Origin: a virus
Virus record (IMG/VR): IMGVR_UViG_3300009514_000006
Location: 1-64,000 of that record
DNA length: 64,000 nucleotides
Strand: one strand, 5' to 3'
The translations under genes and the position numbers were made by a program. The notes below the pieces were generated by a model. That model was given only the letters and a program-made list of their open reading frames with translations. It was not told the origin of the DNA and searched no databases. Shown piece after piece: positions 16,100 to 26,661 of this stretch. Position 1 is the first letter of the stretch. Each line of letters starts with the position of its first letter.

Positions 16100-16508
16100 C
16101 CAACTTACTACCTCGTTCTTTAGCCGCCACTGCCACGTCAGCATCGGTAGCCTTAGCGATAAGAGGCGGTACATCCCCCACCTTCTTGCCTGCCATCAGA
16201 TTAGCAATCTTCTCACAAAGGTCGGCCGGTTTAGAGCAGTTGTAGTTTTGACACAGCAACATTAGCTTCATTTTTTGAACAGTGTCAAACTCAAACGGAG
16301 GCGGCTCTTTCTCCTGTACCCGTACATCCACCATTTTGTTCTCGTGATCTATAACTTGGTCTATCTTGAAATTGTTATTGACAAATTTAGTGTATCTAGG
16401 GCAGGCGGACAGCATGAAAAAGATGGACAACCACATGTCCTTCTCTTCCGCGCTCATCGCATTTACTCTATCCTGAATTGTATGATTAGGTTTTTCTTCT
16501 TCACTCAT
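16092..16508 (-). CDS. hypothetical protein
   Basis: 138 aa, overlaps both neighbours in the operon. Confidence 0.65.
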   Translation of the reverse strand: MSEEEKPNHTIQDRVNAMSAEEKDMWLSIFFMLSACPRYTKFVNNNFKIDQVIDHENKMVDVRVQEKEPPPFEFDTVQKMKLMLLCQNYNCSKPADLCEKIANLMAGKKVGDVPPLIAKATDADVAVAAKERGSKLDV

Positions 16509-16696
16509 TTATCACCTCTTTGTTTATCTTCGTTCATTGTCGTCTCCTGCCAGCGGAATTCGCCGCATTGGCAAGGACCACCGTGCCCTTGTAGTAGGTG
16601 GCACCATGGAGTTCTAAGTAACCCATCTTTACCAACCGGGACGCAAGACGTGACAACCGCCGGCGCAATGCTCCCACAAACGCTGCTCATATTCAT
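16505..16696 (-). CDS. small Cys/His-rich hypothetical protein
   Basis: C...C...CH...H..PCQC; 4-nt overlaps on both sides. Confidence 0.5.
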   Translation of the reverse strand: MNMSSVCGSIAPAVVTSCVPVGKDGLLRTPWCHLLQGHGGPCQCGEFRWQETTMNEDKQRGDK

Positions 16697-18624
16697 TTTC
16701 CTCCATTTCGTAAATAGCTAAACCCATCTCTCTTCTCTACCACAAGCTCTCGTTGAAATCTATCCTTAAGGCCGCTACGATGAGTGATGCACAGAATTGT
16801 TTCATACTCAGATGTAGCAGCATTAAGAAGCCTAAAAACTGCATCTAAACCGGTCTCATCCAGAGACTCAAAGGGCTCATCAAGTGCCCTAAATCTAATA
16901 GATTTGTTAGCGCGGCTGGCGGCTAGGTCTGCCAGAGCCCAGCCTATAGCTATGTCACTACGCCTCTTTTCCCCAGAAGAGTTGCCTTGATATACATCGG
17001 ACCCTTGAGAATTGGAGACCTCTACGTTGAACCGTTCCCTGCTATCGCCGCTCTTAAGCTCGGTCTGGGTGTTGAACTTAACGGTAAGAGTGCCCTCGGA
17101 CAGAATACTCAGATAGTTCTGCGCCCTCTCATTAAGAAACGGAACCACATTATCCAACATATAAGATTTGATACCCTGATTACCAAAACCTTTATCCCAG
17201 AACTCCAAGTAAGCTAGATGGTCAGAGATCTTACCCCTCTCACTTTCCTTAATAGCACGCTGCTCCGTCAACTTATCTTTTTCCGCTGCACAGTTAGCGA
17301 TCATAGGGGCATAAGGATTAGGTTGAGAGGTTTCCTCCTCAATTCTCTTATTCAGCTCCTCAAGCCTCTTTTCAATGTAGGGAATCTCAGTAACCCTAGA
17401 GGTTAACTTTCGGATCTCAAACACTATAGTCTGTTGATCAGCTTCTAACTTTCTTTCTTCTTGATCTATGTTATATAGGGCTTTCTTATTATCTTCGGTA
17501 TGGGTCTTTTCTAGCTCATCTACTTGCTCAAGCAAATAGTTAAGTTTAGCCTCTTTATCAATAATATCAGCTATTTGATTACCCCAATGAGTTAACTGCT
17601 CCTCGGCAGTGTCGGGATCCACTAGTTGACGACAAGAGGAGCACACAGACCCAGCTAATTGACTAACAGCGCTAGCATCCTGCTGGTACTGCCGTTTATA
17701 GATGAGTAACTCGTTCAACTTGGTCTGAACTTGGAACCGCTGTTCCTTAGCCAAGTTTTGTTGCTCCATCAATTTGTGCATGCGAGTACTTTTGTCGTCC
17801 CTAAGAGCACTAACTCGAACCGCGTTCTTCTCGTAGGTGCTCTTGTACTTTTCAAATACCGGTACTGCCTTTCTAGCTACGGCCAATAGCTGTTCAGAAT
17901 CAGCTACACCCTCAGAAAGCTCTTTCTTAATCTTATCCAGCTTAGCCACATAGGTTCTGTCCGACTCTAATAGGTCTTGATACTGTCTAATGAGGTAATC
18001 TTCCCTGGCAGTTAGGTGCAGCAGCTCTGTATCAATAGCCCGCATACCCTCCTCAGCCTGTTTAATCCTGGTTGCGGCAGCTTTCTTGGCCCTGCGAAGA
18101 AGATCTATCTGAAGGATGTTCTCTAGTACCTCCTTCTTCTCATCGTCTTTTAGGTCACAGAAGGAAGCGGAGCCGTCGGTCAGCAAAATACATTGAATGA
18201 AGGTCTCAAAGCTCAACCCTATAATAGAGTTAACTAGCTTCTGAGTCTCCGAATTGCTGCCCAGGGTCGAAGGTTGGTTGTTTATCAATACTTGGAGGTT
18301 GTTAGGTTTCTTCTCTCCTTCATATAGGCGAGTACGAACGATCTGATAAGTCACAGCATCGTCCTCTAGAGTCAATTGGACCTTGCAGTTCTTTCCAACC
18401 TTGTTGTTTACAACTTGATCTGATTTAAGGTCCTTTAAAACTTCTCCCCACAGAACCCATGTTAGGGCGTCCAGCAGGGCACTCTTACCCGCCCCGTTAC
18501 TATCTGCTACATTGCTATCTACATGATCTCCAAATACTCCGACTAAACCAAGTCCTCCTAAAGAGATGGTTTGCTCAGCACCATAGGAAAGAAAGTTCTC
18601 TATTGTCAGCTCTGTGAGTCGCAT
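16693..18624 (-). CDS. sbcC: SbcC/Rad50/gp46-like recombination ATPase
   Basis: SNGAGKS Walker A, long coiled coil with CSSC Zn-hook, SSGEK signature, LDEPFESLD. Confidence 0.93.
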   Translation of the reverse strand: MRLTELTIENFLSYGAEQTISLGGLGLVGVFGDHVDSNVADSNGAGKSALLDALTWVLWGEVLKDLKSDQVVNNKVGKNCKVQLTLEDDAVTYQIVRTRLYEGEKKPNNLQVLINNQPSTLGSNSETQKLVNSIIGLSFETFIQCILLTDGSASFCDLKDDEKKEVLENILQIDLLRRAKKAAATRIKQAEEGMRAIDTELLHLTAREDYLIRQYQDLLESDRTYVAKLDKIKKELSEGVADSEQLLAVARKAVPVFEKYKSTYEKNAVRVSALRDDKSTRMHKLMEQQNLAKEQRFQVQTKLNELLIYKRQYQQDASAVSQLAGSVCSSCRQLVDPDTAEEQLTHWGNQIADIIDKEAKLNYLLEQVDELEKTHTEDNKKALYNIDQEERKLEADQQTIVFEIRKLTSRVTEIPYIEKRLEELNKRIEEETSQPNPYAPMIANCAAEKDKLTEQRAIKESERGKISDHLAYLEFWDKGFGNQGIKSYMLDNVVPFLNERAQNYLSILSEGTLTVKFNTQTELKSGDSRERFNVEVSNSQGSDVYQGNSSGEKRRSDIAIGWALADLAASRANKSIRFRALDEPFESLDETGLDAVFRLLNAATSEYETILCITHRSGLKDRFQRELVVEKRDGFSYLRNGGK

Positions 18625-19712
18625 CCTTCTACCTCTCTAATCAATTCATGTCCTAAAGCTATTAGCTTGTCCTTATCCAAATCTCCTGAGTCCATGATTC
18701 CTGAGTTAATACACTTAGTTACGACCTCGTAGTACGAATCGGCAGGGTCCAACTCTACTCTAGGAACAGCGGAGGGTATCGACACCTCTGGGTTAACTAC
18801 CTCAAAAAACCGCATGCCGAGGGACAGCCGCGTGGCCTCTCTTACCTCATCCGTCCAGGTTTCCTTCGCCACTAGGCGAACATAGTTATTCTCCCACTTC
18901 GACCTGTCATCTCGACTATCGTAAAAAGAAATATCATCGACTTCTACGAACTTAGGAGTATCAAGAAGAACCCTATGGGCTTCTTTCGTCTCAATGTCGT
19001 ATACAATAAAACCTCTATCTTGCCCTTTGTCCGCCCAGTTGTGTTGTATAGGGGCTCCAATATAATAGAAGCCGTGCCCTAGCCCCTGATGTATATGAAA
19101 GTGTCCTATAAAGCCCGCGTCAAAGCACTCAGGATGGAGGTCCTTAATAGATAACTCCACAGGATTACGATATATGAAGTCATTTTGGGCCATGGCATCG
19201 TTAAGCCCTAAATGACCAAAAAATATAGAGGGAAGAGAGGGATCTCGCCCCAGAGCCTCTCTATCCAGCACAGTCTTGAGACGCTCCGAGTCCTCAATGT
19301 AAGGGATAGCAAGTACTGCTAGTTTTTTGTCCCCCACCGGGATATTGTGCCAACCAACATCCCAAACCCGTATAGCACTGTCTCGAAGAACACTTAAGCT
19401 GTCCCACACTCCCTCTGCGTCATATTGGTCGTGATTACCTGTGATCATGTACAGGTTAATACCGTCAGCGGCCATACGACACAGCTCTTTGTGTACCAGA
19501 TTAAGAGTCTGAGTGGGCACATGCTTCCTCTCATGAAACAGGTCCCCACCGAAAAGGACAGTATCAATATCGTTGTTCACAGCATACTCCCCAATCTGCG
19601 AAATGCAGTCTAGGGAGTCTTGGAGCCTGCTGTTTATGCCCCCAGGAAGAAGCTTAGAATACGGTTTGAAGGGATGAGCATGTAGATCACTGAACAGAAT
19701 TACTTTTGTCAT
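18606..19712 (-). CDS. sbcD: SbcD/Mre11/gp47-like nuclease
   Basis: SDLH, GGDLF, GNHD, GHFH, GAPIQHNW.D. Confidence 0.92.
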   Translation of the reverse strand: MTKVILFSDLHAHPFKPYSKLLPGGINSRLQDSLDCISQIGEYAVNNDIDTVLFGGDLFHERKHVPTQTLNLVHKELCRMAADGINLYMITGNHDQYDAEGVWDSLSVLRDSAIRVWDVGWHNIPVGDKKLAVLAIPYIEDSERLKTVLDREALGRDPSLPSIFFGHLGLNDAMAQNDFIYRNPVELSIKDLHPECFDAGFIGHFHIHQGLGHGFYYIGAPIQHNWADKGQDRGFIVYDIETKEAHRVLLDTPKFVEVDDISFYDSRDDRSKWENNYVRLVAKETWTDEVREATRLSLGMRFFEVVNPEVSIPSAVPRVELDPADSYYEVVTKCINSGIMDSGDLDKDKLIALGHELIREVEGCDSQS

Positions 19713-19715
19713 TGG

Positions 19716-20807
19716 TTACAAATCTTTGTATACAGATTGTTCCAGGTGCTTGTACTCCTCGTGGGTTACTACCTTCTCTAGAAAGCCAGACCACCCCTGA
19801 AACTTGATTTCATCACCGTTAGGCATGTTGCAAGTACTCCAGGCACCCTTGGTGCTGATGATGCCTAGTTTCTTGCCTACCTCAAACACAGTATACTCAT
19901 TAGAGAACCCATAGCCACCCAAGATCACAGCATCTTTCTTCATCAACTTGGGTGCCATTGAGTTTTTCTTCGTCTCAATATAGACCCTCTTACCAACCAC
20001 GGCAGTGTTCCCTAGGGCATCTTCTTCTTTCAGAGAGGCTCCCTCGGATAGACGAATACGAACAGTGGCCAAGTATTTGAGCTTCCGGCCGCCAGGAGTC
20101 TCATTAGCATCCCCATACGTCACATTCATGCGGGTATAGATATGGTTCGTATACAAATACAGTACTTTATTCTTGGCTACAAGGGCATTCAGGGTTTTAA
20201 CACCAATACCAAGAGCTTTCGCATCTCGACCCATATTCTTTTCAGCGGTAGCCATAAATCCGTCTTTTTTCATGGCCTTGGAGTCTACTACCCGTCCCGA
20301 ACTAGTACCGCCAACACTGTCCCACAGAAGAAGCAAAGGGCACTCAGGCATCTTCTCAGAAAGAACCTCAATGGCCCTGTACTGCTTCTCAAACACTTCC
20401 TCAAGGGTAGCTGCTTTAAGGTGCACAACACGGTCACAGTCCACCCCCAGAGAGGCCCAGTACGGCACATCAACTCGATCTTCCGTATCGGTAATGACTA
20501 CAACACCACCCATCTGTTGTACCCTGGCGGCAATTTGAGCACACAAAGTCGTCTTGCCTGTTCCTTCGGTACCAGAAATCTCTACCTGTCGTCCAAAGGG
20601 CATCAAACTACAAGGACTAGGCCGGCCCCCTTCCAAGATCTTATCGATCACCATAGAGCCTGTCGAACACCAAGTAGTCACATTACAGAGAGCATTCGGC
20701 GCGGTAAGGACCATCACTTCGTCCTTACCGAACTCCTCTTGCAACGCTTCTAGCAGTAGATTAGTATGATCCACTTCGTCTCCCTTATCAGACTTTTTGC
20801 GGGCCAT
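19716..20807 (-). CDS. recA: RecA/UvsX recombinase
   Basis: GTEGTGKTT, WDSV, ETPGGRKLKYLATVRI. Confidence 0.93.
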   Translation of the reverse strand: MARKKSDKGDEVDHTNLLLEALQEEFGKDEVMVLTAPNALCNVTTWCSTGSMVIDKILEGGRPSPCSLMPFGRQVEISGTEGTGKTTLCAQIAARVQQMGGVVVITDTEDRVDVPYWASLGVDCDRVVHLKAATLEEVFEKQYRAIEVLSEKMPECPLLLLWDSVGGTSSGRVVDSKAMKKDGFMATAEKNMGRDAKALGIGVKTLNALVAKNKVLYLYTNHIYTRMNVTYGDANETPGGRKLKYLATVRIRLSEGASLKEEDALGNTAVVGKRVYIETKKNSMAPKLMKKDAVILGGYGFSNEYTVFEVGKKLGIISTKGAWSTCNMPNGDEIKFQGWSGFLEKVVTHEEYKHLEQSVYKDL

Positions 20808-21697
20808 TACTTTAGTGCCTCTCTAAGCTCCCTTTCCATATCTAGAACCGCTTCTTCTGCAGAGGCGCTCGGAGCCCTCGGGCGAGATGGCAACACCGCC
20901 GCACTAACAGGGACTGCTGGAAGAGCAGCTGCTTCTTGTCCAGGACGCTCGCCAGTCAGCAACCGATGGATGAAATCAGGCTGAGAGGCGGGCAGGGCTT
21001 TGTCGAGGTTGTTAATTAGCTTGTCATACTCTCCGACAATCTCAAAAACAGAATCAGTTGGTTTCGTACGTAGACGATAGCTAGTATTCAACTTGCCTTT
21101 GCCTTCGCGAGTCACCGAAAGATTACGCCCGCTATCCAAATCCGTGATATCAATACCATCAGTAAAGATATCAAGCAATTCCTTGAAAATGGTGTAGGGG
21201 TAGCTCCACACTTGGATCTTAGTGTCGCCTACAGCCCATGGACACTCCATCCCCGGATGACCCTCTTCCCACTCCTCAACGTCGTCCTTAGTAAATACAG
21301 GATCTTTAAGGTCAACAATATTCGATAGATAACGAGACTTAGCCCTTAGAGCTTTAGCTTGCTCATCGTCCACAGCAGAACCGCTACGACGAAGACTTTC
21401 CACGATGTTACAAATTTCGCAATTATCCCCCTGGATGTCAGCGGTCTTGACAGCGCAGGTAATAGTCCACCCATTCTTCTCGTCATATCCACCCTCTCCT
21501 ACGCCCCAGTGTTGCTCGATCTGGCGCCAAAATTGACCTGCATTAACACCTCCTTCAGTCCAGGGAGGCATCAGACGAACGGTGTTCTCACCTGTCTTAA
21601 TCTTCCAAAAGCGGGTTTTCTCATAACCACCTCGATTGGACTCCTTCTCTTTCTCCTCTTGAATCTTCGCCTGAATCTTTGAAAAATCAATACCCAT
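20807..21697 (-). CDS. single-stranded DNA-binding protein (T4 gp32-like)
   Basis: FWKIKTGENTVRLMP, C...C.IC Zn site, DITDLDSGRNL. Confidence 0.8.
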   Translation of the reverse strand: MGIDFSKIQAKIQEEKEKESNRGGYEKTRFWKIKTGENTVRLMPPWTEGGVNAGQFWRQIEQHWGVGEGGYDEKNGWTITCAVKTADIQGDNCEICNIVESLRRSGSAVDDEQAKALRAKSRYLSNIVDLKDPVFTKDDVEEWEEGHPGMECPWAVGDTKIQVWSYPYTIFKELLDIFTDGIDITDLDSGRNLSVTREGKGKLNTSYRLRTKPTDSVFEIVGEYDKLINNLDKALPASQPDFIHRLLTGERPGQEAAALPAVPVSAAVLPSRPRAPSASAEEAVLDMERELREALK

Positions 21698-21706
21698 TTT
21701 TATCTC

Positions 21707-22216
21707 CTATTCGCCCTTCATTATGTTTTTAGCATTTTCCATTAGCTTCAAATCACTAACACTACTTCGCATATTAGCTCCCAAAGAAATGAGCATATCC
21801 TTCCTCTGGGCAAAAGCTTCTTTTTGGACCCCTAGGAGCCCGGTTAGCTTCTTAGCGTTTAGATACTCCAAGTACGCCTTTTGGTACCGCGTGTCAAGCT
21901 TACACTCATTATCACACATAGATTCGGTGTACTTGAACTTAGGATCACGGGATCGCACCTGCATAGCATCGAACCTTTTTTCAGCGTCTACATGAGCATA
22001 CGTATCCTCCATAACTTTCTTCAGCCTCAGCTCTTGATCTTTTGCCAACTCATAAAGCGTTGCGTAATAGGCAAACCTCTCGTGCTGCGTGCAGAAATCG
22101 TCATCCAACATAGTCTTGTCAATCTTTAGGTCATTACGAAGACCATTAAGATACTCGACACTGTTGATACTAATCGGGAAATCAAATACTTCGTTACTTT
22201 CTTTGTCAGAACTCAT
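21707..22216 (-). CDS. UvsY-like recombination mediator
   Basis: LKID...LDDDF..Q...FAYYA helical protein next to SSB and RecA; ends AF.QRKDMLISLGA. Confidence 0.6.
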   Translation of the reverse strand: MSSDKESNEVFDFPISINSVEYLNGLRNDLKIDKTMLDDDFCTQHERFAYYATLYELAKDQELRLKKVMEDTYAHVDAEKRFDAMQVRSRDPKFKYTESMCDNECKLDTRYQKAYLEYLNAKKLTGLLGVQKEAFAQRKDMLISLGANMRSSVSDLKLMENAKNIMKGE

Positions 22217-24437
22217 CTAAATTTAGCTCCTTCTTATCGCCCCAACTGGTGTCAGAATAGGACACATCCACAATAATAGGTACAGTGAAGTTAAAATCCT
22301 CCATGACCTTCTTGATCTCTGGCACCAAATAGATTTTATCCTTAGGCCAGTAGAACTGGATCTCATCGTGCACTACATTTACCAAACTAATTCCCGTACC
22401 GTCAATGGCTTTGTCTACTCTTGTTAGTGCTACTTTGAAAAGATCAGCCGCCGAACCCTGAATCTTATAATTGACCCCTTGCCTATACGCCCGAAACTTA
22501 AGCTTATTCTCGGATTGCCGGATCCCGGGGAACCTGCGTAGTCGGCCAAATAAATTCTGCACCTCGGAATATTTGAGCAAATTGAGTTGCTCGTTGTCAA
22601 TCCACTTTTTAACACCCTTATATCTATTGAACCAAGACTCGATATACTCATTGCATTGGTCAAGAGTAATGGGTCGTTGCGGAGTTGATATCTGGGTTTG
22701 AAGAGAAGTGGGTCCTACTCCGTAAGGAATACCAAAGTTTACTACCTTGGCGATCTTACGATAGAAGTCTGCCTTGCAGGACCTACACTCACAAATATCA
22801 GTAGCAGGATTATGAGCACTGTTGTCACTACGCATCGACAAAAAGTCATCATAACTCATGCCCATAATAGCCTCAGCGCATGTCAGCGAGTGCACATCTA
22901 GACCTTCGCCCTCTTTTGGATAACAAGAAAGCATCTTGGGATCCTGGGACATCTCGGCCAACAAACGAAGCTCAATTTGGGAGTAATCGATGAATACCAT
23001 CAAGTGATCATTATCAGGAGTAATAAAAGCTCGTCTAATTCTCTTGTCTTTGGCTGGTATGTTTTGACAGTTCACACCACCACTAGAACTCATACGCCCC
23101 GTCCTTACTACCTGGTTAAACTGGGGGTGTAAGTTGTCCTTGCTGTCCAGCTTCTCTAAAATAGTGTCCCGATAGGTGCTTTTGAGCTTCTTAAGGGACC
23201 TATATTCTAGGATAAGAGCCGCAAACTCATACTTAGAAGCTAGTTCTTCTAGCACAATGCGATCAACAGAATAGGTTAAAGGCTTATCCGTGTCGCCCTG
23301 TTCCTTACGCTCGTACGATGCCTTAGTCAGCTTTCTCAGGGTGCATCCAGACTTTTGAAGAGCGTTGATAAGCTCACCGTCAGAGTCCAGGTTGAACACA
23401 TAACCAATCTGTTGGAAGATAGTATCGGCACATTCTTTAATTTTAGCCTCCATCTCAGGACCTATTCGGTCCAAGTAGGCCCGATCTATGTGCACACCCC
23501 TGTGCTCCATCTCAAACAATATCTGAGATATCTGAAGTTCGCAAATATATAGGTCCTTAAGGGTAGGATGCTGCACCACCTGTAAACACATGTCCTTACA
23601 CCGCAGCCAGGTATAATGAACGTCTGCTGCAGCGTATGGGACCATCGTCTCCAAGGGTATGAAATCATAAGATATATGATCAAGTTTGTTATAGGACATG
23701 TAGTGCCCATGAAGTGCCTTGATGGCCATCTCTTTGAACCTAGCTGTAATAGCTGCTGTGCGTCTACGCTTGGTAAGAGACTCATCATCAGAGACCTCTA
23801 CTACATTCTCTGTGTCTACCTCATTGGCAATCTTAGCGTACAACTCCAGATCCAGTTTCAACTCTGCTGCCTTTTCTTTTACCAAAAGATTAAACATCCG
23901 GCGGCGCCTTTTTGACTCCTCGAAGCGCCACTCTTTTACAGCTAGCTCCCACTTGTCGGCGTTGCTGTCGATATGCTCGGTAGCATGGGCCTTCAGCCCG
24001 TGAAAGGCATTCTCATTTAGCAGGTAGGAAAGAACCACCCCGTCGTGCTTTACTCCTCCTACCTCGATACCTGCGTTCCTCAATATGTGCAAATCGTACT
24101 TGACGTTCCACCAGTATGTCGTCAACGAAGGGTTCCCCAAAAGGTCTTGTAGGGGCTTGCGGATGTCTTCCAGGTTGAGTTGGCGCTCTAGGGAAGGTCC
24201 GCCGTCTTCGTTATTCCTATGCGCTATGGGTAGGTAATAATTGTTCTCAACACCCCAGCCGATAACAATTCCACAGGCATAAGACTTAACCCAGTCCAGA
24301 CCCGTAGTCTCAGTATCAACCGCCAGGGCCACCTGGTTCTTGGCTTGCTCTATGAACCACTCAAACTTAGGCAACGTATCAATGAGGGAGTAGACACCCC
24401 CTTTTACACCTTTGTATGTCTTAATTTCAGATTTCAT
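22206..24437 (-). CDS. polA: DNA polymerase family A with 3'-5' exonuclease, lacking a 5'-3' exonuclease domain
   Basis: DTETTG, NVKYD, YAAAD exo motifs; DYSQIELR, AKVVNFGIPYG, VHDEI polymerase motifs. Confidence 0.96.
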   Translation of the reverse strand: MKSEIKTYKGVKGGVYSLIDTLPKFEWFIEQAKNQVALAVDTETTGLDWVKSYACGIVIGWGVENNYYLPIAHRNNEDGGPSLERQLNLEDIRKPLQDLLGNPSLTTYWWNVKYDLHILRNAGIEVGGVKHDGVVLSYLLNENAFHGLKAHATEHIDSNADKWELAVKEWRFEESKRRRRMFNLLVKEKAAELKLDLELYAKIANEVDTENVVEVSDDESLTKRRRTAAITARFKEMAIKALHGHYMSYNKLDHISYDFIPLETMVPYAAADVHYTWLRCKDMCLQVVQHPTLKDLYICELQISQILFEMEHRGVHIDRAYLDRIGPEMEAKIKECADTIFQQIGYVFNLDSDGELINALQKSGCTLRKLTKASYERKEQGDTDKPLTYSVDRIVLEELASKYEFAALILEYRSLKKLKSTYRDTILEKLDSKDNLHPQFNQVVRTGRMSSSGGVNCQNIPAKDKRIRRAFITPDNDHLMVFIDYSQIELRLLAEMSQDPKMLSCYPKEGEGLDVHSLTCAEAIMGMSYDDFLSMRSDNSAHNPATDICECRSCKADFYRKIAKVVNFGIPYGVGPTSLQTQISTPQRPITLDQCNEYIESWFNRYKGVKKWIDNEQLNLLKYSEVQNLFGRLRRFPGIRQSENKLKFRAYRQGVNYKIQGSAADLFKVALTRVDKAIDGTGISLVNVVHDEIQFYWPKDKIYLVPEIKKVMEDFNFTVPIIVDVSYSDTSWGDKKELNLDEF

Positions 24438-24712
24438 TTCAAATCTCTGGTACTTTTTGCCCCGGCCAAATCTCTCACTGAGGGCATGTTGCCCTTTCTC
24501 TGCTCCCTGGCTGTGTGCTCCTCAGATCGTCTTTTGAGTGCTTCTGTGCGTGTCTCTCGGTTATTATACAACCCCACTCTGACAGCGGAGAGGACCTTTT
24601 CTACGTTTGTCGAGGTACAATGAGGACAGACAACAGCTACCGTAGTAGAACTTATGTAATCCTCAAAACCCTGGTCACATTCATTACACTTAAAGTCAAA
24701 CAAAATTGGCAT
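24434..24712 (-). CDS. FmdB-family zinc-ribbon protein
   Basis: MPILFDFKCNEC..GFE...CPHCTS.NVEKVLS. Confidence 0.85.
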   Translation of the reverse strand: MPILFDFKCNECDQGFEDYISSTTVAVVCPHCTSTNVEKVLSAVRVGLYNNRETRTEALKRRSEEHTAREQRKGNMPSVRDLAGAKSTRDLK

Positions 24713-24719
24713 GTTACAC

Positions 24720-25280
24720 TCACTTTTCGGTAGATAGTATTTTGACAGAAGGACAAGGATCCCTCCAAACGAACCACGCATATTCTGTAGCGTCACTCCG
24801 TCCGTTCTTAAAACAGGGTCTCCTTGGCGAGACAAATATACTAGGTGTGTTGTCTCGGAGCCAGCCGGCCCTTTTCTGTGACCCCAAAAAATTAAGGCGG
24901 AGCAGCATAGCCACTACCGAAGTTTCATCTTTACGGAACTTCATGGCGTGCTGAATAAAATCGAGGGCAAGGCTGTAGGGCGGATTAGTGATAATTAAAT
25001 CGTACTCAGGGGTTGGTGGGAGGTCCAAAAAATCAGCAATAAACGTGTCATGCCACCCGTGATCCCGTATATCTATAGCTTCAATATCGATCGAAGGGGA
25101 CCATTTTTTTGCTGCCTTACATATAGCGCCGGCCCCACAAGCCGGTTCCATCATCTTAATAGGACGACCCCGATTAGCGAACCAAGAATCTAGCTCCGGA
25201 AAGATTATGTCAGAGAGCCAATCAGGGGTAAAATACGCATCGTCTTTGTCCCTTACAGGACTTCGGCCAGTAGCACTCAT
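24720..25280 (-). CDS. amino-methyltransferase (m6A/m4C), small orphan
   Basis: DAYFTP, EPACGAG (motif I), NPPY (motif IV). Confidence 0.88.
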   Translation of the reverse strand: MSATGRSPVRDKDDAYFTPDWLSDIIFPELDSWFANRGRPIKMMEPACGAGAICKAAKKWSPSIDIEAIDIRDHGWHDTFIADFLDLPPTPEYDLIITNPPYSLALDFIQHAMKFRKDETSVVAMLLRLNFLGSQKRAGWLRDNTPSIFVSPRRPCFKNGRSDATEYAWFVWRDPCPSVKILSTEK

Positions 25281-26635
25281 TCATTATCTCCTTTGTGCAC
25301 ATACCCAGGAGGGGCAGGAGGCGGACCACACGGGCTATAGAAAACCATCCGATTATAGGCTGTGTCAATCGGAATCTCTACCTTATCAGGCCCATTGCGG
25401 TTTTTAGCAACAAACAAACGGGCCTGATCGGCATTCTTCTCTTCCCTAGTCATACAAATAGCTATAACCATATCAGCTACTTGAGCCTTCTTAATAGAAT
25501 CACCAATATGCTCAATATCAACAATCTCAGAAGAAATACCCCCACGATTGGTCTGGGTGGCTGTCCAAATAGGGATCTTAAGCTCCCCCGCCAGCCCCCT
25601 CATCTCAGAAAAGATATTACCCAAATCAGCATACTCATCGTTATAGGAAGTAGTGGGGCGAAGCTCGTCGCCATAGTCTATAATGACTAGATCAGGGAAA
25701 AAATCCATTCCCTCTAGTCTCTTTAGATAAGCACGGATGTCCTTGACCGATGCTTGTTTAGTCGGGTATTCTTTTATAATCAAGGAGTTACCATATCTGG
25801 CATACTCCTTTTGAACTTTTTGTTGGATCTGGGTGGCATAGTGGGTAAGCTCCTGAAAATCTACGCGAGACCAACTAGCATCATAACGTGATGCAACGAC
25901 CTCAGCACTAAGCTCAGCAGTGATGTGTACTACTTTTAGCCCCTGTACTACTGCTCGCTTTCCGCAATGGGCCAGTGCCAGTGACTTTCCGCGTCCTGTC
26001 CCGCCTAACCAGACCCCTAATTGTTTAGCCTCAAGTCCACCACCTATTGCATTGTCCAACTGTGATATACCCACAGGAATACGAGGAAGTTCCCCGCCCC
26101 AGATTCGCTTTCTAGTGCGCTCATCAATCTCTTTAAAGTACTGAGTCCCAACATCGTCAAAGTTGACACCGACAGAACAAGCCGAGGATACTTTTTCCTC
26201 GATACGGCCCCAAACCTCGTCATCCGAGGTGTTCACCATCCCGGCACAGTCCATAATAGCCTGCCGCACAGCTTGTCTACGACAGAAGGTCACCAACTGG
26301 TCTCGAATATAATCTTCGTTGGAGACCCTTTGTCTAATCTTTTTAAAAACCTCTACGTAAGCATCCTTTTCATTGTCCTTTATGCGGCCGGATCTAACAG
26401 CCTTAAGGATCTCCTCACGAAGAACCACCTCAGACATCTTGGTGTTGTAGTCATCGTAAAAGTTTGCCATGGTTTGGAAGAACCAAATCAAACATTTATC
26501 TTCAAAATACTCAGGTTTAACAATGGCGTTGGCGGAAACCAAGAAGCTGAAGTTTTGGTAGATCAATCCCAAGATGGAGATCTGAAAACTTCGATCAAAG
26601 TTAAATTTGATCGGAGCAGACGCTGACTCAGACAC
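25277..26635 (-). CDS. dnaB: DnaB-like replicative helicase
   Basis: GGTGRGKS, IIDYGD, WTATQTNR, AKNRNGP. Confidence 0.93.
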   Translation of the reverse strand: MSESASAPIKFNFDRSFQISILGLIYQNFSFLVSANAIVKPEYFEDKCLIWFFQTMANFYDDYNTKMSEVVLREEILKAVRSGRIKDNEKDAYVEVFKKIRQRVSNEDYIRDQLVTFCRRQAVRQAIMDCAGMVNTSDDEVWGRIEEKVSSACSVGVNFDDVGTQYFKEIDERTRKRIWGGELPRIPVGISQLDNAIGGGLEAKQLGVWLGGTGRGKSLALAHCGKRAVVQGLKVVHITAELSAEVVASRYDASWSRVDFQELTHYATQIQQKVQKEYARYGNSLIIKEYPTKQASVKDIRAYLKRLEGMDFFPDLVIIDYGDELRPTTSYNDEYADLGNIFSEMRGLAGELKIPIWTATQTNRGGISSEIVDIEHIGDSIKKAQVADMVIAICMTREEKNADQARLFVAKNRNGPDKVEIPIDTAYNRMVFYSPCGPPPAPPGYVHKGDNE

Positions 26636-26661
26636 AGAACCCTTTCACAGGTTGGTAAGAC

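Noticed and set aside
12043-20753. Long + strand ORFs such as 12043-12627, 16275-16721 and 20142-20753 (and similar ones elsewhere)
   Set aside because: They are antisense shadows of well-supported - strand genes, with no motifs or RBS.
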